The notes beneath the pieces are model-generated. The model saw only the letters and a program-made list of their open reading frames with translations. It was not told the origin of the DNA and searched no databases. From contig CALFVX010000003.1 of the NCBI GenBank assembly GCA_937928765.1, positions 128,081-192,080 on the forward strand: a stretch of 64,000 nt of DNA, in the 5' to 3' direction. Below, one piece after another: positions 40,666-49,646 of this stretch. The stretch is from an uncultured Endomicrobiia bacterium (GTDB lineage Bacteria > Elusimicrobiota > Endomicrobiia > DTEH01). Each line of letters opens with the position of its first letter. The first letter of the stretch is position 1. A program made the translations under genes and the position numbers.

Positions 40666-41376
40666 ATGGTTGAAGAAAGATTGAATACATTTGTAGTTAT
40701 AGGGTTGGGAGTTTTTGGCCAATATGTAGTAAAGTTTTTATCTGAATTTAAAAATGTAAATATTATAGGTATTGATAAAGATGAAAATAAAGTTGAAGAT
40801 GTAAAAGAATATTTAAAAATTCCTGTTGTTTGTGATGCTTCTGATATGAAACAATTAACAGAAGCTGGGATAGATGCAAAAGGAATAGATGTTGCAATAG
40901 TCGCGATTGGTGAAAGTGTTGAGTCAAGTATTTATGTAACTTTGTTGTTGAAAGAGCTTGGAATAAAAAAAATTGTTGCTCGTGCGTTAAATAACCAGCA
41001 CGCAAAAATTTTAGGTAAAATAGGTGTAGATAAAATTGTTTATCCTGAAGCAATTTCTGCAGAACAATTAGTTAAAAGTTTACTTTCACCACAGATTATT
41101 GACGAATTTAATCTTTCAGAAGATCATAGTATAGCAGAGGTTGTCTCTCCAAAAGAATTTTATAACAAGTCATTACAAAGTTTAGCTGTAAGAACAAAAT
41201 ATAGAGTTACAGTTTTAGGAATAAAAAGAAAAATGCCAGAAATTTCCGATACAGGTGAGACAGATTTAAAAGAAGAAATAATTTTACTTCCCTCCCCAGA
41301 AGAAAAAATTTCAGAAGGAGATATTTTAATAGTTGCAGGTAGAAATGTTGATATAGAGAGGTTAAGGAGAGTATGA
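40666..41376 (+). CDS. ktrA: TrkA/KtrA potassium-uptake regulatory subunit (RCK domain)
   Basis: VVIGLGVFG Rossmann motif (TrkA-N) plus TrkA-C. Start trimmed to ATG 40666, which has a GAGGTG RBS; the track ORF begins at TTG 40624 inside ktrB. Confidence 0.85.
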   Translation: MVEERLNTFVVIGLGVFGQYVVKFLSEFKNVNIIGIDKDENKVEDVKEYLKIPVVCDASDMKQLTEAGIDAKGIDVAIVAIGESVESSIYVTLLLKELGIKKIVARALNNQHAKILGKIGVDKIVYPEAISAEQLVKSLLSPQIIDEFNLSEDHSIAEVVSPKEFYNKSLQSLAVRTKYRVTVLGIKRKMPEISDTGETDLKEEIILLPSPEEKISEGDILIVAGRNVDIERLRRV

Positions 41377-41669
41377 AAAAAGAAGAAAGTTTAAAAAATA
41401 ACCAGGGAGATATTCTTGAACCAGGAAAGTTTTATCTTATAAACAACAGGTATGATGAAGCATTGAAGTTTTTCTTAGATATGCAAAAAAAGATGCCTAA
41501 TAATGCTGAAGTTTATTATCATTTAGGTTTGATTTACGAAGCCAAAAACGAAGTTTCTAAAGCTAAAGAAATGTTTTTAAAAGCAATAGAACTTTCTGCT
41601 GAGCATAAACTTGCAAAAAAACATTTAGATAAAATTTTAGGTATCAATGGCAATGAAAAAATTAAGTGA
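41373..41669 (+). CDS. small TPR-repeat protein
   Basis: AEVYYHLGLIYEAKNEVSKAKEMFLKAIEL fits a TPR repeat. It overlaps ktrA (ATGA) and pheS. Confidence 0.55.
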   Translation: MKKEESLKNNQGDILEPGKFYLINNRYDEALKFFLDMQKKMPNNAEVYYHLGLIYEAKNEVSKAKEMFLKAIELSAEHKLAKKHLDKILGINGNEKIK

Positions 41670-42699
41670 AGACTTAATAAGACAACTTAAAGAAAAGTTT
41701 TTTATTGATTTAAAGAAAGTAGATTCTTTTGAAAGTTTAGAAGCGTTAAAAATTTTGTATTTAGGAAGGAAAGGAGAAATAAGAAAGTTATTTCATCAAT
41801 TAAAAGATATAGATGATATAGATGAAAGAAAGAGATATGGTGAAATATTGAATAGTATAGTAGTAGAAATTGAAGAAATTTTAGAAAAAGAATTTAAAAG
41901 ATTTAAAAAAGATAAAGAAGAATACTCTTTTTCACTTTTAGAAATGTCTCTTCCTTCGGCAAATTTTCAAATTGGCAAAATTCATCCTTTACAAAAAGTT
42001 TATAATGAAATAATAGAAATTTTTTCATATTTAGGTTTTGATATTCAAGAAGGACCTGAGATAGAGTTTGAAGATTATAATTTTACTATGCTTAATATTC
42101 CTGATGACCATCCTGCACGTGATATGCAAGACACTTTGTATTTGAATTTACCAAAGACAGATAAAGGCAAGATTTTGTTAAGAACACATACCTCGCCTGT
42201 ACAGATAAGGTTGATGTTGTCTAAAAAACCGCCAATAAAGTCAATAATGCCTGGAAGAGTTTTTAGAAATGAAAATCTTGATGCAACGCATTCGTTTAAT
42301 TTTCATCAAGTTGAAGGGTTAGTTGTAGATAAAAATATAAAACTTTCAGATTTAAAAGGTACTTTGATATATTTTGTAAGGTTAATGTTTTATGAAGATA
42401 TTGTTTGTAAATTTAGACAATCATATTTTCCTTTTACAGAACCATCTTTAGAGTTAGACATTCAGTGTTTAGTTTGCAAAGGCAGTGGGTGTAGTGTTTG
42501 TAAATATAGCGGTTTTGTAGAAATACTTGGTTGTGGAATGGTTCATCCGCAAGTGTTATATAATGTAGGTTTAGGATATGAAGAATATACTGGTTTTGCA
42601 TTTGGATTAGGTGTGGAACGTGTTACAATGTTGAAATATAGAATTGATAATATGAGATTATTTTATGAAAACGATTTGAGATTTATTAAACAATTTTAA
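41647..42699 (+). CDS. pheS: phenylalanine--tRNA ligase alpha subunit
   Basis: Class II motifs (FRNE, GFAFGLGVERV) and the pheS N-terminal coiled coil. Confidence 0.9.
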   Translation: MAMKKLSEDLIRQLKEKFFIDLKKVDSFESLEALKILYLGRKGEIRKLFHQLKDIDDIDERKRYGEILNSIVVEIEEILEKEFKRFKKDKEEYSFSLLEMSLPSANFQIGKIHPLQKVYNEIIEIFSYLGFDIQEGPEIEFEDYNFTMLNIPDDHPARDMQDTLYLNLPKTDKGKILLRTHTSPVQIRLMLSKKPPIKSIMPGRVFRNENLDATHSFNFHQVEGLVVDKNIKLSDLKGTLIYFVRLMFYEDIVCKFRQSYFPFTEPSLELDIQCLVCKGSGCSVCKYSGFVEILGCGMVHPQVLYNVGLGYEEYTGFAFGLGVERVTMLKYRIDNMRLFYENDLRFIKQF

Positions 42700-42714
42700 G
42701 TTTTTTATAAACTT

Positions 42715-45168
42715 ATGAAAATATCATTAAATTGGATTAAAGAAATTTTAAATTCTCAAGTTAATATTTCTGATGAAAAAATAATTTCTGTGTTAGAAGA
42801 TTTAGGATACGAAGTAGAATCTGTTCAAAAGCAAAGGATTGATATTTTGTCAAATGTTAAAGTTGTCAAAATTTTAGATGTGCAAAAACATCCTAATGCA
42901 GATAAACTTACTCTATGTAGAGTTTCTGATGGCAGTAAAGAATACAATGTTGTTTGTGGAGCACCAAATGTGTATAAAGGTATGATTACAGCGTATATTC
43001 CTGAAGGTTATATTCTTGCTGATGGAACAAGAATAGAAGTTCGTAAAATTCGAGGAGTAGAATCAAATGGTATGTTGTGTTCAGAAAAAGAATTAGGGAT
43101 TTCAGAAGATCACTCAGGTATTTTAGAATTAGATGAAAACTTTAAAATTGGTAATACTCTTGAAAAATATTTTGATGATAAAATTTTAGATATTTCCACT
43201 CCAGCAAATAGATTTGATTGTTTAGGACATTTAGGTATTGCAAAAGAAGTAGCAATTAAGTTAGGAATTGAGTTTATATATAAAAATGATTTAATTTCAT
43301 TTTTAGAGTCCAAACAACTACCATTTTTTGATGTAAAAGTTGCTTCTAATGAATTATGTAGAAGATACATTGCTATTAACCTCCAAGATGTAGACAATAA
43401 ATCTAAATTGCCATTTTATATAAAACAAAGGTTATCTTGTTGTGGAATAAGAAGTATAAATCCTTTAGTAGATATTTCTAACTATGTAATGCTTGAGACA
43501 GGTCATTCTGTGCATATTTTTGATTATGACAAACTTTCTAATGGAAAAATAATTGTTCGTTTGGCAGAAAATGGAGAATCTATTGTTGCATTGGACTCTA
43601 AAAAATATGAATTAGATAAAAGTATTATAATTATTGCTGATGAAAAAAAACCTGTTGCAATAGCTGGTATTATAGGAGGACAAGAAAGTAGTGTAAGCAG
43701 TGAAACAAAAAATATAGTTATAGAATCAGCTGTTTTTAATCGTAGTATGGTTAGGCTAGCAAGGAAAAAATTGTCTATTAACACAGAAGCAAGCTATAGA
43801 TTTGAACGAGGTAGCAGCTGGCAATTATGCGAGTTAGCTGCAATGAGAACATACCATATGATCTTGACTTATTGTAAAGGTAAGATAGTAAGATTTACAG
43901 ATTATAAAGATTTAGAATATTATAAAAAAATTACATCGCATCTCACAAATGGTATAAATGTAAACTTAAATTTTATATCTTCACTTTTAGGAATAGAAGT
44001 AGAAATAAAAGATTTTATAGAACTGATGAGAAGAATTGAATCTGAGGTTATTTTAGGCAAATCAGCAGAGGAAACAAAAAGGTTAATAGTTTTACCTCCG
44101 TTAAATAGGCCTGATATAAAATTTCAGGCAGATATAGTAGAAGAAGTTGCAAGATTTTATGGATATGAAAAAATTCCTGCTACAATGCCTAATATTGTAT
44201 CTTTTACAAAAAAAACAGACACTTATAGTAAAATAAAGAATAAGATTATAAACTTAATGAGTTGTTATGGTATAAACCAAGCTATAAATTATAGTTTATG
44301 TTCTTATAAAGAAAATGAGATTGTAAAAAATCATAATACAAAAAAAATAATTGTTTTAAACTCCGTATCTAATGAGTTTAATGAGTTAAGATTGTCATTG
44401 CTTAGTGGATTGTTGAGAAATTTAATCACTAATTATAATAATCAAAATGAAAATGTCGCCTTATTTGAAGTTGGGAAAATTTATTATATAGAAAATGATA
44501 ATATAATTGAAAAAGAGAGTTTAGGTATTATTTTGTGTGGACAAAAAAATTTTTTATCATGGAATAAGAAAATTTTAAATTATGATTTTTATTTTCTAAA
44601 TGGAATTATAGAGAATTTGTTATCTGAGTTAAAAATAAAATATAAAAAAAATTATGGTAGTGCTAAAAAGAATACTTCTAGACCTTTGTTAGATGAAAGT
44701 TTGGTTAAAAATTATTTAGAATATTTATATAAAGACAATGAAATTATAGGATTTAGTTGCGAACTTAAAAAAGATGAGTTTAAACTTACAAAAATTCCCT
44801 CTGCTGTGTTTTATGCTGAGATCTATTTAGATATAGTTTCAGATTTATGTAAAAAAGAATATATTTTTGAAAATTTACCAAAATATCCTTTTGTGTTAAG
44901 AGATTTATGTTTAGTATTACCAGATGAAAATATTAGTTACGATTTAATAATTGAAACTATTGAAGAGTTTGTGAAGAATAATTTCAAAACTATTAATATA
45001 GAGATTGAAGCTAGTGATTACTATAAGAAAGATAATTTTTTGTCTTTAACTCTATCTTTTAAACTACGAGATAAAACTAAAACATTAACCGATGAAGAAG
45101 CAAATAAAATTATAAATCTTATCCTTTATGAACTTAAAAAATATAAGATAGAACTTAGAAGGGGGTGA
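42715..45168 (+). CDS. pheT: phenylalanine--tRNA ligase beta subunit
   Basis: MKISLNWIKE start; B3/4 and B5 domains, FDV/tRNA-binding domain; 817 aa. Confidence 0.9.
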   Translation: MKISLNWIKEILNSQVNISDEKIISVLEDLGYEVESVQKQRIDILSNVKVVKILDVQKHPNADKLTLCRVSDGSKEYNVVCGAPNVYKGMITAYIPEGYILADGTRIEVRKIRGVESNGMLCSEKELGISEDHSGILELDENFKIGNTLEKYFDDKILDISTPANRFDCLGHLGIAKEVAIKLGIEFIYKNDLISFLESKQLPFFDVKVASNELCRRYIAINLQDVDNKSKLPFYIKQRLSCCGIRSINPLVDISNYVMLETGHSVHIFDYDKLSNGKIIVRLAENGESIVALDSKKYELDKSIIIIADEKKPVAIAGIIGGQESSVSSETKNIVIESAVFNRSMVRLARKKLSINTEASYRFERGSSWQLCELAAMRTYHMILTYCKGKIVRFTDYKDLEYYKKITSHLTNGINVNLNFISSLLGIEVEIKDFIELMRRIESEVILGKSAEETKRLIVLPPLNRPDIKFQADIVEEVARFYGYEKIPATMPNIVSFTKKTDTYSKIKNKIINLMSCYGINQAINYSLCSYKENEIVKNHNTKKIIVLNSVSNEFNELRLSLLSGLLRNLITNYNNQNENVALFEVGKIYYIENDNIIEKESLGIILCGQKNFLSWNKKILNYDFYFLNGIIENLLSELKIKYKKNYGSAKKNTSRPLLDESLVKNYLEYLYKDNEIIGFSCELKKDEFKLTKIPSAVFYAEIYLDIVSDLCKKEYIFENLPKYPFVLRDLCLVLPDENISYDLIIETIEEFVKNNFKTINIEIEASDYYKKDNFLSLTLSFKLRDKTKTLTDEEANKIINLILYELKKYKIELRRG

Positions 45169-45177
45169 TATTTTTTT

Positions 45178-45411
45178 ATGACTACAGCATTAGTATTAGT
45201 AAAGATTTCATCAGGACAAGAGAAACAAGTATTAGAAAAGCTTAAGCTAATAGAAGGTGTAACACATATAACAGCTGTATTTGGCAGATGGGATTTAGTT
45301 TTAGATATTGAAGCAAAAGATTTAGCAGAATTAAGTTGGCTTGTAATATCTAAAATAAGAAAAATTAAAGGTATAGAAAATACTGAAACATTAATCACAA
45401 CCTCTATTTAA
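45178..45411 (+). CDS. stand-alone Lrp/AsnC-type ligand-binding (RAM) domain protein
   Basis: 77 aa. ALVLVKISSGQEKQVLEKLKLIEGVTHITAVFGRWDLVLDIEAKDLAEL...KIRKIKGIENTETLI fits the RAM fold. No HTH. RBS GGGGGTG. Confidence 0.65.
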   Translation: MTTALVLVKISSGQEKQVLEKLKLIEGVTHITAVFGRWDLVLDIEAKDLAELSWLVISKIRKIKGIENTETLITTSI

Positions 45412-45494
45412 GTTTTTAAATTATTTAAGTTGAATTTTAAACATATATTTTATGCTAAATTTTTTGTTTAAATGATAAGTGTTAAATTTTTTAT

Positions 45495-48400
45495 ATGTCA
45501 AAATTTTATCTGAAGATTAGTTTAGTATTTTTTATTATATTTTTTTTGGTAGTTTTATTATTTTCAGACCCACCAGATCCTATAACCGACCTTAAAGTTA
45601 TTCAAAGTGGTTTTAAATATGTAAATCTTCAATGGACAGTACCAAATTCTACACAACCAATACAGTATTATGAAATAAAATTTGCTACATATCAAATTAC
45701 TGAATCAAATTGGAATGATGTTGGAAATAAACTAGAAATTTTTTCTACACAGCCACCTCCTCTTAAAGGAGATACTACTTCATATATAGTTTATAATTTA
45801 GAAAATTCAAGGTTATATTTTTTTGCAATAAAATCTTCAACTTCAGCTGATAAAAATCCTCTTTCTGAAATAAGTATAAATACTAACGAGTCTTTTGGTT
45901 TCCCATATAACACATCACCTAGCCAATTTAGTTTATCTACACCAACATATGCTGTTGTTATTTCTTCAGAATTTGTAGAACTTGATTGGAACGATGCATA
46001 TGATCCAGATTTAGAATATGGAGATTATTTAGTATATGAAGTTGGACTATCAACTTTTTCCTTAAATTTGTTTTCTTCAACACCATCTTTTAATGGGGCT
46101 GTTGTTATATATAGCATTACCACTAGTTATTATCTTTTAAATGCTAAAGAAAAGCTCATGGATAATACAACATATTATTGGCGTGTAAAAACAATAGATT
46201 CTGAAGGAAAAACAAGTTGGTCTTTAGCAAATATTGAAGAAAGTAGATTTGTAATAGATCATACTCCACAAGCTCCAATAAGTTTTTCTCTACAGATGCC
46301 TATAAACAAATCAACAGTTACTACAACATCAGGAATATTTTTTGATTGGGAAGATTCTTACGATTTTGACCCACAAGATACTTTAAAATATCGTGTTTAT
46401 ATTTCCTCTATTTCAGAAACACAAGGATTTACTAATATAGTTTCAAATTTAAGTTTCTCTTCTTATACTTTAAATTCTTATTCATTCGTTGAAAATACAA
46501 CATATTGGTGGTATGTTATGGCTGAAGATAAATCTGAAAATCTAACAAAATCAAGTCAAACTTTTTATTTTATAGTTAATGACATAAAAGATCCGCCAAT
46601 ACAAAATTTATTGATCTCTCCAGGAACTACTATATATCAAACGATAGAACTTGTGTTTACTCTAAATCCGACATTCTATTGGACAGAATCATATGATTAT
46701 GACCCTTATAGTAAAATTTATTATCAATTATATATTTCTTCCTTTTCAGACAACCCTGATGTTCTAAATTCTATACACACATCACAGGCAATATACAATA
46801 CTTATTATTTTTTGACAGATAATTTACAGGATGAGACTACATATTTTTGGAGATTACGAATATGGGATGAAGTATATCAAGAAAGCGTGTTTTCATCCAC
46901 AGTAGCATGGTTTTATACTTGTGTATATTTAAATTCAGCAGAACTTAAATCTCCACCAGAGAACTCTACAACATCATATTTTTATCCAAATTTTGAATGG
47001 GAAACAAAAATTTCAGGATATAAACTTAACCTTTCTTCACAAACATTAATTTATTGGACTGATAATTCTACAAAAACAGTTTCAGGCCTATCTTCTTATA
47101 CAACTTTTTATATTGTCCAAGAAAAATTACAAAATAACGCAACATATTTTTGGCAAGTTATAACTTATAGTAATTCTCAAGAGATTCCTTTAGTTTCAAC
47201 TTCATCTTATGTTTTTAAATTTTTCTTACATAATTCATCACCTACAGAATTTGATCTTTCCACACCGTCATCAACAATAATAGTTTCTACTTATGTAACA
47301 CTTATATGGAATGCTTCTACTGAACCAGATAATGAAGAGATAACTTATAGTATTTTTTATTCAACTGATAATTTCTTAACTTATTTTTCTTCTGTAGGAA
47401 TAAAAACAACAAGTTTTGTTTTAGAAAACCTGCAAGATAACACAACATATTTTTGGTATGTTTCAGCGGTTGATGTTTGGCAACAAAAAACTTTTTCTAA
47501 CTCTACTTTTTATTTTGTTGTAAACCATACTCAACAAGATCCTACAGCATTTAATCTTTTGTTTCCATCTAATAACCAAATATTAATAAACACATATACA
47601 ACATTTTATTGGCAAGAATCTTATGATATGGACCCTTTTGAAAGTGTGATTTATGAACTTAAAATTTCTACTGATATAAATTTTTATTCTTTAATATTTT
47701 CAACACAAACAACTCAAACACAATTTTTTTTACCTAAAGGATATCTTTTAGTAAATTCAACCTATTATTGGATAGTTGTAGCATCTTCTTCACAAAGCGG
47801 ATTTACTATTTGTAATTCTACATTTAATTTTAAAGTAATAAACACACCACCTTTGAAATTAAACTTAATTTCACCAAAAAATTATGAAATTTTAAAATCC
47901 TCACCGATACAGATAATATGGAGTCCTGCAGAAGATCCACAAGAAGATGAGTTTCACTATGAACTATATTACACAACTTCTGTAGAAAATAATATCTGGC
48001 TTTCAACTATTACAGTGATTTTGCCATCCACAGAATATTCATATACAATATTAGACCCTATAGATGATACAACTTATTACTTTTATATTGTTGCAGTAGA
48101 TATTTATAATAATAAAAACTCAATAGGACCATATACTTTTTGGACATCATTTTTAAACCAACCACCAACAAAACCAAACATTTTATCTCCACAACAGTCT
48201 GAAATTGTTTATCTTCCTTATATAATAAAATGGATGGCTTCTTCTGACTTTGACCTTTTTGACGAAGTGAAATATAAAATACAAATTTCTACTGATGAAA
48301 ATTTTAGTTTTTTTACTACAGTTGTTAGTTCTATTCAAGAAACAGAGTTTAAAATTTCAAATTTTTTTCTTGAGCCCAATACTTATTATTTAAAAATAAT

Positions 48401-49646
48401 TGCTTTTGATAATAATAACGAAATATCTTTCTCAAGCACTTCTTTTGTAATAAACAGATATTATATTTCTATTTATTCACCACAAAATGGTGAAATTATA
48501 AAAAATTTACCCTTAGAATTTTATTTTTCTAAAGTTTCAGCAAAATACTATTCTGATAAAGTAGATTATAAGATATTTTATTCCTCATTTTCAAACTTCA
48601 GTTATAAAACAGAAAAATATTTACAAAATAATTATTATTCTATAAACCAACCACCATTATATCCTAATACCTACTATTTTTATGTTGAAGTTTACTATAA
48701 CAACTTTTATGCAGGAGAAAGTTCTATATTTAGTTTTATAATTCCTAATACTCCTCCAGCAGCACCACAAAATGTTTATTTATCAACTTCAAATTACGCA
48801 GTAGAACTTCTGTGGGATAGTGTAAGTGTTGAAAACTTATGGGGATATAAAGTTTATAGTGGATATGATATTTATAACTTAACTCAGGTAGGATTTACTA
48901 CTAATACTTATTATATAGATTATGATGGGTTTAATAAAAATTTATTTTATATGATATCTTGTGTTAACAATTTTGCTGTAGAAAGTATAAATAATATGTA
49001 TGTGAGATTATATTTACAGCAACAATCAGATATTTATATAAGCCAGGATAAGATTTTAATCTTTTCAGTTCCTAAAAAAGAAAATCTTACTAGTTTAAAA
49101 ATTGAAAGATTAAAAGAAGAAGAAAATGAAAATTATATTTATGTTTATCTCATTAAAGCAAATAAAGCAAAGCTTGATAATTTTTCAGAGATATCAGTTT
49201 TAAAACCTCAAAATATAAAAAATTATGTTATACAATACTATGATGGACATAATTGGATAAATTTTCCGTCAGAAGAGGTTTATGGAAGAGTTATAATAAA
49301 AACACAATATTTAGGCAAATATAGATTAGTTTCGGCTATAGAAGAGATATCTCATGGTCTTACAATAATAGGATGTTCGCCAAAGAAACGTATCATAACG
49401 CCCAATAATGATTCAATAAATGATTATATAGAATTTCATTATAAAGTTGGCAGTTTCATAGATGGCAATATTTATAATATATATGCTAGAAAAGTATGTG
49501 CATTAAAAAGAAAAGACAATAATATTTTATATTTTGATGGTAAAGATGACAATAATAAATACTTACCAGCAGGGATTTATATTTATGTTATAGATTCAAA
49601 ATCAGATGGAAAAAATTTTAAAGGGACAATAGTGATAAAATACTAA
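45495..49646 (+). CDS. large secreted cell-surface protein with about nine FN3-like repeats and a type-B T9SS (CHU_C/gliding-motility) C-terminal sorting domain
   Basis: Signal peptide. Repeated motifs W-x-x-S-Y-D-x-D-P and N-T-T-Y-[YF]-W-x-V recur about every 130 aa. C-terminus IITPNNDSINDYIEF...YFDGKDDNNKYLPAGIYIYVIDSKSDGKNFKGTIVIKY matches the TIGR04131/CHU_C pattern. Confidence 0.75.
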   Translation: MSKFYLKISLVFFIIFFLVVLLFSDPPDPITDLKVIQSGFKYVNLQWTVPNSTQPIQYYEIKFATYQITESNWNDVGNKLEIFSTQPPPLKGDTTSYIVYNLENSRLYFFAIKSSTSADKNPLSEISINTNESFGFPYNTSPSQFSLSTPTYAVVISSEFVELDWNDAYDPDLEYGDYLVYEVGLSTFSLNLFSSTPSFNGAVVIYSITTSYYLLNAKEKLMDNTTYYWRVKTIDSEGKTSWSLANIEESRFVIDHTPQAPISFSLQMPINKSTVTTTSGIFFDWEDSYDFDPQDTLKYRVYISSISETQGFTNIVSNLSFSSYTLNSYSFVENTTYWWYVMAEDKSENLTKSSQTFYFIVNDIKDPPIQNLLISPGTTIYQTIELVFTLNPTFYWTESYDYDPYSKIYYQLYISSFSDNPDVLNSIHTSQAIYNTYYFLTDNLQDETTYFWRLRIWDEVYQESVFSSTVAWFYTCVYLNSAELKSPPENSTTSYFYPNFEWETKISGYKLNLSSQTLIYWTDNSTKTVSGLSSYTTFYIVQEKLQNNATYFWQVITYSNSQEIPLVSTSSYVFKFFLHNSSPTEFDLSTPSSTIIVSTYVTLIWNASTEPDNEEITYSIFYSTDNFLTYFSSVGIKTTSFVLENLQDNTTYFWYVSAVDVWQQKTFSNSTFYFVVNHTQQDPTAFNLLFPSNNQILINTYTTFYWQESYDMDPFESVIYELKISTDINFYSLIFSTQTTQTQFFLPKGYLLVNSTYYWIVVASSSQSGFTICNSTFNFKVINTPPLKLNLISPKNYEILKSSPIQIIWSPAEDPQEDEFHYELYYTTSVENNIWLSTITVILPSTEYSYTILDPIDDTTYYFYIVAVDIYNNKNSIGPYTFWTSFLNQPPTKPNILSPQQSEIVYLPYIIKWMASSDFDLFDEVKYKIQISTDENFSFFTTVVSSIQETEFKISNFFLEPNTYYLKIIAFDNNNEISFSSTSFVINRYYISIYSPQNGEIIKNLPLEFYFSKVSAKYYSDKVDYKIFYSSFSNFSYKTEKYLQNNYYSINQPPLYPNTYYFYVEVYYNNFYAGESSIFSFIIPNTPPAAPQNVYLSTSNYAVELLWDSVSVENLWGYKVYSGYDIYNLTQVGFTTNTYYIDYDGFNKNLFYMISCVNNFAVESINNMYVRLYLQQQSDIYISQDKILIFSVPKKENLTSLKIERLKEEENENYIYVYLIKANKAKLDNFSEISVLKPQNIKNYVIQYYDGHNWINFPSEEVYGRVIIKTQYLGKYRLVSAIEEISHGLTIIGCSPKKRIITPNNDSINDYIEFHYKVGSFIDGNIYNIYARKVCALKRKDNNILYFDGKDDNNKYLPAGIYIYVIDSKSDGKNFKGTIVIKY

